From assembly GCA_018110935.1 (NCBI GenBank), contig JAGDBX010000090.1:401-64400 (forward strand): DNA of 64,000 nt, written 5' to 3'. This stretch comes from Oscillospiraceae bacterium (lineage in GTDB: Bacteria; Bacillota; Clostridia; Oscillospirales; Ruminococcaceae). Position 1 is the first letter of the stretch. Each line of letters starts with the position of its first letter. Of this stretch, positions 1-10,971 are shown in pieces. The translations under genes and the position numbers were made by a program. The notes below the pieces were generated by a model, which saw nothing but the letters and a program-made list of their open reading frames with translations, did not search any database and was not told the DNA's origin.

Positions 1-747
1 TTCCAGAACGACATGCGGGTCACCTTCCAGAACGGAACGGTCCATGAATGCGCCCGGGTCACCTTCGTCAGCGTTGCAGCAGACATACTTGACATCCGCG
101 TCCGGAACGATCGTGCGGGCAAGCTTCCATTTCTGGCCGGTCGGGAATCCGCCGCCGCCTCTGCCGCGCAGACCGGAATCGAGCACCACCTGAATGACTT
201 CGTCCGGCGTCATGGAGGTCAGCACCTTGGCAAGTGCCTCATAACCGCTGCGGGCGATGTATTCATTGATGTCTTCCGGGTTGATCAGACCGCAGTTGCG
301 GAGCGCAACACGGTGCTGCTTTGCATAGAAGGTCGTCTCTGCGAGAGACTTGATGTCGTCGGAGCCCTCAGTCACGGTTTCGTCATAGAGGAATTCCTTG
401 ACAGGCTTGCCGCCGATCAGATGCTCGTCCACGATACGGGAGATCATCTTCATCTCGACATGTGTATAGAACGCGCCTTCCGGATAGACAATCATGATCG
501 GGCCGCGCTCGCACAGGCCGAAGCATCCGGTGCGGACAACAAAGATCTTTTCGTCAATGCCCTTTTCTTTGAGCTGCTTTTCCAGCTCGTCGGCAATCTT
601 CATGGAACCGGAAGAGGTACATCCGGTACCGCCGCACATCAGGACATGCTTTTCATATTTTGCACCGTCAGCGGTTTTGCCGAGACGGAGTGCGATTTCA
701 GCGCGCATTTTTTCTTTGATTGCAGTAAGCTCCTGCAAAGTCTTCAT
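1..747 (-). CDS. NuoF/HydB-family NADH-binding flavoprotein subunit (hydrogenase or NADH dehydrogenase module). This is the N-terminal part; the 3' end runs off the window.
   Basis: Manual reverse translation from the ATG at 747-745 gives MKTLQELTAIKEK...HVLMCGGTGCTSSGS (thioredoxin-like 2Fe-2S module) and GLRGRGGGGFPTGQKW (NuoF FMN/NADH motif). The frame is open to position 1. It is absent from the ORF track because there is no stop in the window. Confidence 0.85.
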   Translation of the reverse strand, partial: MKTLQELTAIKEKMRAEIALRLGKTADGAKYEKHVLMCGGTGCTSSGSMKIADELEKQLKEKGIDEKIFVVRTGCFGLCERGPIMIVYPEGAFYTHVEMKMISRIVDEHLIGGKPVKEFLYDETVTEGSDDIKSLAETTFYAKQHRVALRNCGLINPEDINEYIARSGYEALAKVLTSMTPDEVIQVVLDSGLRGRGGGGFPTGQKWKLARTIVPDADVKYVCCNADEGDPGAFMDRSVLEGDPHVVLE

Positions 748-771
748 AATGAACCTCCTGTTCCGTCCGAA

Positions 772-1275
772 TCAATCGGCGTATTTTGCGAGGATCTCTT
801 TGATCTCCTCAGGCTTGCCGGTCAGTCTGCCGTACACATCGTCATTGATCGTGACGACCGGTGCCAGACCGCACGCGCCGACACAGCGGCAGTCGTCAAG
901 CGAATACTTGCCGTCGTTCGTGATTTCACCGCTCTCAATGCCGAGTGCTTCTTCCAGTCTTTCCATTACGACGCCGGAGCCCTTGACATAACAGGCTGTT
1001 CCGAGGCATACGGAAATGCGGTATTTCCCTTTCGGAGACATCGTGAACTGTGCGTAGAATGTTGCAACGCCGAACACCTTTTCCAGCGGGATGTTCAGCT
1101 CTTCTGCGATCAGCGTCTGCACCTCGATCGGCAGATAGCCGTAGATCTCCTGCGCCTTCTGCATGATCGGCATCAGACATCCGGGATCGTCACGCAGCGC
1201 ATCGATCGCGGCACGCAGCTCCTGCTCCTGCGCCGCAGTTCCCGAAAAGGGAATGGTCGCGATTTTCTTTGCCAT
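772..1275 (-). CDS. NuoE/HydC-family thioredoxin-like [2Fe-2S] subunit
   Basis: 167-aa ORF with cysteine pattern SVCLGTACYVKG...DCRCVGACGLAP. RBS AAGGAGGAAA lies 9 nt upstream. It sits directly upstream of the NuoF-like gene. Confidence 0.85.
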   Translation of the reverse strand: MAKKIATIPFSGTAAQEQELRAAIDALRDDPGCLMPIMQKAQEIYGYLPIEVQTLIAEELNIPLEKVFGVATFYAQFTMSPKGKYRISVCLGTACYVKGSGVVMERLEEALGIESGEITNDGKYSLDDCRCVGACGLAPVVTINDDVYGRLTGKPEEIKEILAKYAD

Positions 1276-1474
1276 AATGAATTGTTTCCTCCTTATGTAA
1301 TTTGAAAACCGGGTTTTAGGTCATTGTGTCCTGTCATGCTGACGAACACAGGACAGCACATTGAGAGACCGCATCCCGCGGACAGATTTATCCGGAGAGA
1401 TGCGGGGAATCAAAAGCACTGAGCCAAATGCGTCTGTCCCCGTAGGAACGGGAAAACAGACATAACCAGATAAC

Positions 1475-1503
1475 ATTATACTATATATGGGAAGAAAAAT
1501 CAA
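1475..1503 (-). promoter_or_regulatory. SigA-type promoter for the nuoE/nuoF-like operon (TTGATT-17-TATAAT)
   Basis: Reverse complement reads TTGATT (1503-1498), a 17-nt spacer, then TATAAT (1480-1475). It lies about 200 nt upstream of the start at 1275. Confidence 0.5.
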
Positions 1504-1730
1504 GATGAAAAATGCACAACAATTCCGACATTTTTTCGTATGTTTTCAATGAATCCTGTATGTCCGGTATCACGATTTTTGCGTATCAGCTTGAAAAACA
1601 ATAGATTTTCAGTCCGTCCGAACTGTCCGCGAGCGGCGGACAGCTGTGCTGTCAGAGCGGTATTTCCTGCAAAATCAGCAATCATCTGCAGAGACGTCAC
1701 AAAAACTGCGCATTTACGCTCCGGAAGCAG

Positions 1731-1762
1731 AAAAAACCGATGTCTTTTTCAGACATCGGTTT
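1731..1762 (-). terminator. Rho-independent terminator of prfB
   Basis: Stem aaaccgatgtct / agacatcggttt with loop ttttc. On the minus strand it is followed by TTTTTTC. It lies 8 nt after the prfB stop. Confidence 0.8.
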
Positions 1763-1769
1763 CATGCGG

Positions 1770-2912
1770 TCAGATATCAGAATTCGCTGCGCTTCCGGAC
1801 TGCAGCGTACCGTGTGAGAGTGCTTTCAGATAAGCGTTGATAAATGCGTCAAGGTCACCGTCCATAACAGCCTGCACATTGCCCGTTTCGCAGCCTGTGC
1901 GGACATCCTTCACAAGCGTATACGGCATGAAGACATAGGAACGGATCTGGCTGCCCCATTCGATCTTGAGCTGCACGCCTTTGATGTCAGAGATCTTTTC
2001 GAGGTGTTCGCGTTCCTTGATCTCAACAAGCTTTGCGCGCAGCATCTTCATACAGTAATCCTTGTTCTGGAACTGGCTGCGCTGTGTCTGACAGGAAACG
2101 ACAATACCGGTCGGAATATGCGTCAGACGGACCGCAGAGCTGGTCTTGTTGATGTGCTGGCCGCCGGCACCGGACGAACGGTAGACCTGCATTTCAATAT
2201 CTTCCGGCCGGATCTCGACTTCAACATCATCCGAAAGCTCCGGCATCACTTCAACTGCCGCGAATGACGTATGACGGCGGCCGGAAGCATCGAACGGCGA
2301 AACACGCACAAGGCGGTGAACGCCAGCCTCCGATTTCAGGAAGCCGTAGGCATTCTCACCCTGTACCATGAACGATGCCGATTTGATGCCCGCTTCATCA
2401 CCGTCCAGCCAGTCCAGCAGATCGACTTTGAAGCCGTGCGATTCCGCGTATTTGTTATACATTCTGTAAAGCATCTGTGACCAATCCTGCGCCTCTGTTC
2501 CGCCTGCGCCGGCGTGGATCGTCAGAATCGCGTTGGAATTGTCGTATTCACCGGTCAGAAGCGTTTTCAGCTTTTCAGCGGCAAGCTGCTCGCGGAATTT
2601 TTCCGCATCAGCCATGATCTCCTCGTCAGAGGAATCATCGCCCTCCTCGATACAGAGCTCGATCAGCGCGATGGTATCTTCCAGCAGTGCCTGAAGGCGC
2701 TCGTAATTTTCAACCTTGCGCTCCAGCGTGTTGCACTTCTGCGTGACCTGCTGTGCCTTATCATGGTCATCCCAGAAGCCTTCGTATTCCATCTGGCGCT
2801 TCATATCGCCGAGATCGGCTTTTGCGCGTTCAATCTGCAGCACTTCGCCGAGTTCCTTAACCTCCGGCCTTGCGTTGACCAGCTCGGTGCGGATATCATC
2901 CAGTAAAATCAT
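1770..2912 (-). CDS. prfB: Peptide chain release factor 2
   Basis: SPF tripeptide (VSPFDASGRRHTSF) and GGQ (SSGAGGQHINKT) are present, and the protein is colinear with RF2. It is one uninterrupted ORF with RBS GAAAGGAA 7 nt upstream of the ATG. Confidence 0.95.
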   Translation of the reverse strand: MILLDDIRTELVNARPEVKELGEVLQIERAKADLGDMKRQMEYEGFWDDHDKAQQVTQKCNTLERKVENYERLQALLEDTIALIELCIEEGDDSSDEEIMADAEKFREQLAAEKLKTLLTGEYDNSNAILTIHAGAGGTEAQDWSQMLYRMYNKYAESHGFKVDLLDWLDGDEAGIKSASFMVQGENAYGFLKSEAGVHRLVRVSPFDASGRRHTSFAAVEVMPELSDDVEVEIRPEDIEMQVYRSSGAGGQHINKTSSAVRLTHIPTGIVVSCQTQRSQFQNKDYCMKMLRAKLVEIKEREHLEKISDIKGVQLKIEWGSQIRSYVFMPYTLVKDVRTGCETGNVQAVMDGDLDAFINAYLKALSHGTLQSGSAANSDI

Positions 2913-3006
2913 GTGTATGTTCCTTTCAATCCGGTATTGGTTCTATTTTACAGGATTTTGACAGTTCTGTCAAGTGCCTGAACGGGAAAGGCCCCGCATC
3001 GGCTGT

Positions 3007-3570
3007 TTACGGGATCAGACCGAATGCGCGGAGCTGACGCACCAGCCGCGAAACCGGCAGACCGACAACATTCGGATAGTCACCCGAAATGCCCGCCACC
3101 AGAAGGCCGCCCTGCCCCTGTATGCCGTAGGCGCCGGCCTTGTCATACGGTTCATCCGTATCGGCATAGGCGCTGATCTCCGCCTCTGTCAGCGGATAGA
3201 ACTGCACGAGTGTTTCATCGGAAAAGCTCGCGGAACGGCCGTCCCAGAATACAGCGACGCCGGTCACGACCTTGTGCTGACGGCCGGAGAGCATCCTGAG
3301 CATTTCACAGCATTCCGCACGGTCACGCGGCTTTCCGAGGATCAGGTCATCCAGAATCACTGTCGTGTCAGCACCGATGACAACCGCGTCGGGGTGCTCC
3401 TCTGCAACAGCGGCAGCCTTGCGCACGGCAAGCAGTTCAGCAGCCTGATCTGCAGGAATCCCGTCCGGCAGCGATTCGTCACAGTCTGAGACGATGACCT
3501 CAAACGGCACACCGAGCCTGCCGAGCAGTTCCTTTCTGCGCGGCGAGGCCGAGGCTAAAATCAGCTTCAT
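3007..3570 (-). CDS. maf: Maf-family nucleoside triphosphate pyrophosphatase (septum formation protein)
   Basis: N-terminus MKLILASASPRRKELL and a length of 187 aa are typical of Maf. Confidence 0.9.
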   Translation of the reverse strand: MKLILASASPRRKELLGRLGVPFEVIVSDCDESLPDGIPADQAAELLAVRKAAAVAEEHPDAVVIGADTTVILDDLILGKPRDRAECCEMLRMLSGRQHKVVTGVAVFWDGRSASFSDETLVQFYPLTEAEISAYADTDEPYDKAGAYGIQGQGGLLVAGISGDYPNVVGLPVSRLVRQLRAFGLIP

Positions 3571-3781
3571 ATCATCTGCTCCTTTATGTTTTCACGGGCG
3601 GGCTTATCCTCGCCTTCCCCCGCTCCTGCGGTATTGTTTGTCAGCAGGATTCCAAACTTTCTTCTGCATCATACGCATGAAAGCGAAAGACAGTTTTTTC
3701 CTGCGAGCGGGCATCCCGCGACCGCTGCGCCGAAGAGTGCGTGCCGCGATCCCCGTTTTTTCTGTCCGCGCGCATCCTTTA

Positions 3782-6257
<2,476 letters not shown>

Positions 6258-6342
6258 GCGGCGCCCCCTTATTTCTGAACGGAATACGGAACACGCCGCG
6301 TGAACTTTCGCTCACGCGGCTGGTTGGATATTCAGACTATGC

Positions 6343-6681
6343 TCAGGAATTCCTGTCAACCTGATGGAATTTCTTGAGGTTGCCGGAAACATTGTTGCGC
6401 TCCGCGAGCACGGCTTCGACCTGCTCCCATTCCAGCCCCTGATTGGCGGCCAGCACCATGACATGATAGAGCAGATCGTTGATCTCATTCATCAGCTCGT
6501 CATTGTCGCCGTTCTTTGCGGCAATCACAGTTTCAGTCGCTTCTTCGCCGACCTTCTTGCAGATCTTGTCGACACCCTTGCTGAACAGATAGGCGGTATA
6601 GGAATTGTCCTCGGCGGTACCGGCCTCAAAAGCAGCCTTCCGCGCCATGATCACATTAAAGATCTCCTGATATACATTCAT
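6343..6681 (-). CDS. hisE: Phosphoribosyl-ATP pyrophosphatase
   Basis: I take the internal Met of the 192-aa track ORF ([15 protein letters not shown]...). RBS GAGGAGGAG lies 7 nt upstream. MazG-like helices [14 protein letters not shown]...[16 protein letters not shown] are present. Confidence 0.85.
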   Translation of the reverse strand: MNVYQEIFNVIMARKAAFEAGTAEDNSYTAYLFSKGVDKICKKVGEEATETVIAAKNGDNDELMNEINDLLYHVMVLAANQGLEWEQVEAVLAERNNVSGNLKKFHQVDRNS

Positions 6682-7033
6682 CGGAATTCTCCTCCTCATC
6701 GTTGTAAAGCTCCTTGAAAAAGCAGCTGTAAGAACCGGTATGGCAGGCGTTTCCGGTCTGCCGGACATTGACAAGCAGCGTGTCGTCGTCACAGTCGGCA
6801 TAAACCGAAACAACCCGCTGAAGGTGGCCTGATGTCGCACCCTTGTTCCAGTATTCCTGTCTGGAACGGCTCCAGAACCATGTATAACCGGTTTCCAGCG
6901 TGCGCCGCAGGCTTTCCTCATTCATATAGGCCAACATCAGCACGGTTTTGGTATCGACCTCATAGCAGATCGCAGGGATCAGCTCAGACTTCTGAAAGAA
7001 GCGGCCGAGATCGTTCAGATCAACATTGATCAT
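6656..7033 (-). CDS. hisI: Phosphoribosyl-AMP cyclohydrolase
   Basis: Motifs [10 protein letters not shown]...DCDDDTLL...TGNACHTG are present. Start is set at the second ATG (MINVDL), which follows GGGAGGGAAGG. The first ATG at 7048 has no RBS. Confidence 0.88.
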   Translation of the reverse strand: MINVDLNDLGRFFQKSELIPAICYEVDTKTVLMLAYMNEESLRRTLETGYTWFWSRSRQEYWNKGATSGHLQRVVSVYADCDDDTLLVNVRQTGNACHTGSYSCFFKELYNDEEENSDECISGDL

Positions 7034-7065
7034 ATCCTTCCCTCCCATATAAACTGTCCTGTTCT

Positions 7066-7094
7066 ATTATATCATATCTGACCGCAGATTGCAA
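7066..7094 (-). promoter_or_regulatory. SigA-type promoter for hisI-hisE (TTGCAA-17-TATAAT)
   Basis: Reverse complement reads TTGCAA (7094-7089), a 17-nt spacer, then TATAAT (7071-7066). Confidence 0.55.
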
Positions 7095-7143
7095 GCGGAA
7101 AATAACCCCGACAGCTATCTGAAAGACACCGCCGGGGCTGAAC

Positions 7144-7548
7144 TTATGTCCAGAGAGATGTCAGATGCATCGGTGAGGACTCATCCGACTTGTGAAATCC
7201 GCAGTTTTTATAGAAATGAAGCTCGTCATTGTACGCGATCAGACAGATGCGGAGATAGTCGGAGTAATGCTCTTTGATTCGCTCCATCAGCGTGCGCCCG
7301 ACTGCGCGGTCCTGATAATCCGGATGCACAAGCAGATAATGAACATAGGCGTTCATCACACCGTCATCCATCGCGCAGACCATTCCGATCAGCTGATCCC
7401 CTGCCCAGGCGGAAATGACCGTCTGAAAGCCTTTCATCGCCTGCACCAGCTTGTCCGGATACGCGCCGGATGACCAGCCGACTGAAAGAAACAGGGATTC
7501 CAGCTGTCCCCGCGTAAAATCATGTGTTTCGCTGTATGTAATTTCCAT
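7144..7548 (-). CDS. GNAT-family N-acetyltransferase
   Basis: Motif VHPDYQDRAVGRTLM is present. Start is set at MEITYSE because AGGAGG lies 7 nt upstream. The longer track start at 7569 contains that RBS. Confidence 0.8.
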   Translation of the reverse strand: MEITYSETHDFTRGQLESLFLSVGWSSGAYPDKLVQAMKGFQTVISAWAGDQLIGMVCAMDDGVMNAYVHYLLVHPDYQDRAVGRTLMERIKEHYSDYLRICLIAYNDELHFYKNCGFHKSDESSPMHLTSLWT

Positions 7549-7598
7549 CGTGCTGCCTCCTGATGACAATGCGCCGGACAGTCCGGCGGTGATATCCT

Positions 7599-7627
7599 AT
7601 TATAGCACACCCGGCAAAGGATTGCAA
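7599..7627 (-). promoter_or_regulatory. SigA-type promoter for the GNAT gene (TTGCAA-17-TGcTATAAT)
   Basis: Reverse complement reads TTGCAA (7627-7622), a 17-nt spacer, then an extended -10 with TATAAT at 7604-7599. Confidence 0.5.
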
Positions 7628-7656
7628 GGGATTTATGCATATCAGACAAACGGAAT

Positions 7657-7772
7657 GTGAGAAATATATCACAGAGCCGGCAAATCGCCGAAAGTGATTT
7701 ATTTATCACAATCCGCTTGACATCTTCAGCGCGATGTGATATAATTATCACACAAAGTGATGAATACATCAC
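7657..7772. promoter_or_regulatory. Array of four 16-bp palindromic operators, GTGAT-N6-ATCAC
   Basis: Box1 is 7657-7672 (GTGAG-aaatat-ATCAC). Box2 is 7694-7709. Box3 is 7736-7751 and overlaps the -10. Box4 is 7757-7772 and lies at or after the TSS. Boxes 2-4 are perfect. Confidence 0.7.
7717..7745 (+). promoter_or_regulatory. SigA-type promoter for the membrane-protein/XRE operon (TTGACA-17-TATAAT)
   Basis: TTGACA at 7717-7722, a 17-nt spacer, and TATAAT at 7740-7745. Confidence 0.65.
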
Positions 7773-7792
7773 ACGAAAAGGAGCGAAGAATT

Positions 7793-8266
7793 ATGAAAAA
7801 ACCCATTCAAAAACTTTCATACCGCAGGCTTTATCTCCGTCATGCTCTCGTCGGCCTGTTCATGGCAGCGATCTGGGGCGGGTACTACGCGCTGAGCAAA
7901 CTGACAGAAGGCTCCCGCATTCTGATTCGTTTTCTGGTGTTTGCACTGATGATTGCAGCGGTATTCGTCACAATGACCGTCTTTATTTTTAATTCTGCAA
8001 GACGCGACCGCGAAGATGAGCTTGCCCGCGAGAACATCGCAAAGACGAACAGCAGGTTTATCTCGTTTATGGCTTTCACCGGGTTTGTACTGTTTATCAT
8101 CTGCACATGCTTTTTCGGAGATTCGCAGAAGATCACGATTGAGATTCATTATGCGTGGATTGCATCGGTGATTTATCTGTTCTTTGCCGTTTACTATTTT
8201 ATTGCGATGTATTTCGAAGCAAAAACAGAGGCACAGTGCGCCGGAGAGGAGCCGGACGATGCCTGA
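7793..8266 (+). CDS. Multi-pass membrane protein of unknown function (DUF2178-like guess), partner of the XRE regulator
   Basis: Start is set at MKKPIQ, with AAGGAG 9 nt upstream. About 4 hydrophobic helices are visible. The stop overlaps the next ATG (ATGCCTGA). Confidence 0.7.
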   Translation: MKKPIQKLSYRRLYLRHALVGLFMAAIWGGYYALSKLTEGSRILIRFLVFALMIAAVFVTMTVFIFNSARRDREDELARENIAKTNSRFISFMAFTGFVLFIICTCFFGDSQKITIEIHYAWIASVIYLFFAVYYFIAMYFEAKTEAQCAGEEPDDA

Positions 8267-8477
8267 ACTCAAGACAAGAATCCGTGAATATCGTGCCAGA
8301 ACCGGCATGACGCAGGGCGAACTGGCCGATCGTGTCAATGTCCGGCGTGAAACGATCATCCGGCTGGAAAAGGGGCTGTATAACCCTTCGCTGAAGCTGG
8401 CGATGGACATTGCCGCGGTATTTGAAACGACGGTCGAAACGCTGTTTTCGTTTTCCGATGATGAAGCGGACAGCTGA
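8259..8477 (+). CDS. Small XRE-family helix-turn-helix transcriptional regulator
   Basis: [39 protein letters not shown] is a canonical HTH_3 pattern. The product is 72 aa and overlaps the upstream ORF by 8 nt. Confidence 0.9.
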   Translation: MPELKTRIREYRARTGMTQGELADRVNVRRETIIRLEKGLYNPSLKLAMDIAAVFETTVETLFSFSDDEADS

Positions 8478-8485
8478 CAGCGGAC

Positions 8486-8522
8486 AGAAAAAAGCCGATG
8501 CAGAACGCATCGGCTTTTTTTT
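8486..8522. terminator. Bidirectional Rho-independent terminator
   Basis: Stem gccgatgc / gcatcggc with loop agaac, flanked by an A-run on the 5' side and a T8 run on the 3' side. It serves the XRE gene on the plus strand and the tRNA pair on the minus strand. Confidence 0.85.
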
Positions 8523-8606
8523 GGTGGGAGAGGGTGGATTCGAACCACCGAAGCGAGACGCAACAGATTTACAGTCTGCCCCCTTTGGCCACTCGGGAAC
8601 TCTCCC
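8522..8606 (-). tRNA. tRNA-Tyr (anticodon GUA), class II with a long variable arm and encoded CCA
   Basis: Reverse complement is GGGAGAGTTCCCGAGTGGCCAAAGGGGCAGACTGTAAATCTGT...GGTGGTTCGAATCCACCCTCTCCCACCA. Acceptor, anticodon loop CUGUAAA and T-arm all fold. Confidence 0.9.
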
Positions 8607-8615
8607 ATGATTGAA

Positions 8616-8688
8616 AGCTGGTGGACGGACTCGAACCCCCGACCTGCTGATTACAAATCAGCTGCTCTACCAACTGAGCTACACCAGC
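8616..8688 (-). tRNA. tRNA-Thr (anticodon UGU), no encoded CCA
   Basis: Reverse complement is GCTGGTGTAGCTCAGTTGGTAGAGCAGCTGATTTGTAATCAGCAGGTCGGGGGTTCGAGTCCGTCCACCAGCT. The cloverleaf is canonical except for one G-G mismatch and one G-U pair in the T-stem as I fold it. Confidence 0.8.
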
Positions 8689-8719
8689 AACTTGTCATCT
8701 TCCGTGAACCAGCTTCACA

Positions 8720-8748
8720 ATTATATCACAAAGCGCGGAAAATGTCAA
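8720..8748 (-). promoter_or_regulatory. Consensus SigA promoter for the tRNA-Thr/tRNA-Tyr unit (TTGACA-17-TATAAT)
   Basis: Reverse complement reads TTGACA (8748-8743), a 17-nt spacer, then TATAAT (8725-8720). It lies about 30 nt upstream of the tRNA-Thr 5' end. Confidence 0.7.
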
Positions 8749-8837
8749 GGACTTTTTTCAAAAAAACGAAAACAAAGCAATTTCTGTTGAAATCATACAG
8801 GTTTCTCTACAATTTCAACAAGTTTTTGAACACGCGA

Positions 8838-10541
8838 TCACGGGTTGTCTCTGTCATCCGCATTGACACGCAGATAGTCAGCAGGATTATAGTTCATCCC
8901 GTTGATGCGCACCTCAAAATGCAGATGATTGCCGGTGGAATGGCCGGTCGTGCCGACCAGCGCGATCACCTGCCCGCGTGTAACCTCCTGCTCCGGCGTA
9001 ACCAGCAGTACGCTGCAGTGCGCGTACAGCGTTTCGTAACCCGTGCGGTGATCGATCTTGACATAGTTGCCGTAACTGCCGGACATGGTCGCAGCTGTCA
9101 CAACGCCGTCCTCTGCCGCGTAGATCTCCGTACCGCCGGGAGCCGCGATATCAAGGCCGCGGTGATTGCGGTTGCTGATAAACACATCGCTGATATAACC
9201 GCCGTTCACCGGCCATGCAAACTGACCCGTTCCGTACAGTTTCGTTTCCTTGCTGAACGGCTCCGGCGTATATGTCCCGACGCCGATCTCTTCATCGACC
9301 GGCAGCGACAGGATCTCTGTCCCGAGCAGCTCCCGGCCGCTCTCCTCACCGTCCGTGAATGTGATCTGAACCGTATTCCGGCGCTCACCCTTGACGCCGT
9401 GCTGAAAGACCTTTTCTTTGCCGGCGCTGAGCCGGTTCGTTTCGATGCGTCTGGTATCAAAATCAACAAAGGAAAGCAGTGAAACGGTTCTGCGGTAGGA
9501 AATCGGATAGTCACGCTGCAGCACCGGAACGGTCACGCGCCCGGAAGGCGGCACAAGGTCTGTCAGCTGCGGGTTCAGCGCACGGATGCGTTCCGGCGTA
9601 GTGGAAAACCGGAGCGCAACTGAATACACCGAATCATCGGAACCGGCAGTGAAGGTTCTTGTGGTCTCGCGCACCGCTGTCAGCGTCCGGATCAGTTCAT
9701 CAGGAGCGGTCAGGTTTTCACGCAGATAAACGCCTTTTTCGTAAGTAAGCTCTTCCGGATAAAAAACTTCATCCACATCTTCCTTCAGCGATGCCTGATA
9801 ATCGGACAGCTGCTGCATCAGCGCATCTTCGACCGGCTGTTTATCGGAAACAGCGCCGAGAAACACTTTGCCGCGATACACGCCCCAGCCTTCAATCAGC
9901 TCAACAGCTGCACTCCTCAGCATGCGGTCCGCAAGCTCAGCGGGAAGCAGGCGCACCGCATCGCTGTCAGTTGTCACGCGGAATTCCCGTGCAAAAGAAA
10001 AATCCGGGCGGTTATCCGTATACGAAAGCCGGCGGCGGACGATCTGTTCTGCCTGCTCGTAATCCTCCTCGTCGCTGATGACGCCGATCTCAGCACCGTT
10101 GAATGTGACAGCGATGCCGTAATCCATACGCATACCGTAACTGACGACCGAAAACAGAAAACCGCAGCAGAACAGCGGTACAGCGATACGGAATACAGAA
10201 ACTGCAATTCCGTGATCATGAAACAGAACAGTGCCGACACTTTGCAGAAAGGCAGCGATCCTGCCGGAAAGGGGTTTGCCTCTCCCGTTCAGCCATTGCC
10301 GTCTTGCCGTTTTTGCGACCTCACTGCGCAGACGGATCGGCTGAAACAGCAAAGAACGGAAGCGGTGCAGGGCTTTTCCGCAGCTGCGGATCAGACAGCG
10401 GATGAGGCGCAGGATTCCCCTGCCGGCCCACGCGAAAAAGCGCGGAAAAAGCATCAGCGCAGAGCAGCCGCAGTTTCCAAGCCACGATATCAGGCGCAGC
10501 GGCGCGCACATCTCAGCAGATTGCAGAAGAACCCCTCCCAT
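8838..10541 (-). CDS. M23-family metallopeptidase with an N-terminal membrane anchor and LysM-like and G5-like segments
   Basis: The C-terminus carries HRGLDIAA...GNYVKIDH...GTTGHSTGNHLHFEV (LytM/M23 motifs). A G5-like stretch reads VFQHGVKGERRNTVQITFTDGEE. The start codon is uncertain because no clear RBS precedes 10541. Confidence 0.85.
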   Translation of the reverse strand: MGGVLLQSAEMCAPLRLISWLGNCGCSALMLFPRFFAWAGRGILRLIRCLIRSCGKALHRFRSLLFQPIRLRSEVAKTARRQWLNGRGKPLSGRIAAFLQSVGTVLFHDHGIAVSVFRIAVPLFCCGFLFSVVSYGMRMDYGIAVTFNGAEIGVISDEEDYEQAEQIVRRRLSYTDNRPDFSFAREFRVTTDSDAVRLLPAELADRMLRSAAVELIEGWGVYRGKVFLGAVSDKQPVEDALMQQLSDYQASLKEDVDEVFYPEELTYEKGVYLRENLTAPDELIRTLTAVRETTRTFTAGSDDSVYSVALRFSTTPERIRALNPQLTDLVPPSGRVTVPVLQRDYPISYRRTVSLLSFVDFDTRRIETNRLSAGKEKVFQHGVKGERRNTVQITFTDGEESGRELLGTEILSLPVDEEIGVGTYTPEPFSKETKLYGTGQFAWPVNGGYISDVFISNRNHRGLDIAAPGGTEIYAAEDGVVTAATMSGSYGNYVKIDHRTGYETLYAHCSVLLVTPEQEVTRGQVIALVGTTGHSTGNHLHFEVRINGMNYNPADYLRVNADDRDNP

Positions 10542-10851
10542 CTATACGGTTTTGACCGGAATTCGCCGGATATGCACATTATAAAGCATAAAACCGTGAT
10601 TTGCAAGAAAAGCGAGACAGTTTTATCGGATTGCACAGCCCGCTTGAAAGAATCCGGATGCTGTTTGTGTGGCCTGCACGACAGATTATTCCGTCGGTAC
10701 CGGAATACGCGTTACGGATGACGCCCGGACAAAGTGCAATATATTTACAATCAAATCAATCCGAACATGAACAGTATGTTACAAAACAATCGCTGATATG
10801 CGGAGGACTTTCTAAAAATCGCACAAAACGAGCCGAATTTTCGGAAAGGGC

Positions 10852-10880
10852 TTAACAATCGCGGAATTATGTGGTATAAT
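10852..10880 (+). promoter_or_regulatory. SigA-type promoter for the PBP gene (TTAACA-17-TGgTATAAT)
   Basis: TTAACA at 10852-10857, a 17-nt spacer, TG at 10872-10873 and TATAAT at 10875-10880. Confidence 0.55.
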
Positions 10881-10971
10881 ATATGTGTATAGATATCCCT
10901 ATTTCCGGTTCTTCCGGTCAACACCCCATGCCGGCAGATGTTCTGCCGTACCCGAAAGGAGCTTCAATTAC

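Noticed and set aside
13-1305. 430-aa plus-strand ORF covering the first 1.3 kb
   Set aside because: It lies antisense to two strongly supported minus-strand genes (NuoF-like and NuoE-like). The product is low-complexity and Arg/Ala-rich, with no motif. This is a typical shadow ORF of GC-rich DNA.
1500-1700. 66-aa minus-strand ORF in the prfB / nuoE-like intergenic region
   Set aside because: There is no RBS. It lies upstream of the predicted promoter, its sequence is not protein-like, and nothing supports it.
6656-6681. Possibility that hisI/hisE is a frameshifted bifunctional hisIE pseudogene
   Set aside because: A canonical RBS and ATG for hisE sit within the overlap, and both reading frames are complete. 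Overlapping separate genes is the simpler reading, though only read-level data can exclude a 1-nt error.
6343-6921. Long 192-aa version of the hisE ORF
   Set aside because: The first 80 codons overlap hisI out of frame and look non-protein-like. An internal ATG at 6681 with a strong RBS gives a normal-length HisE.
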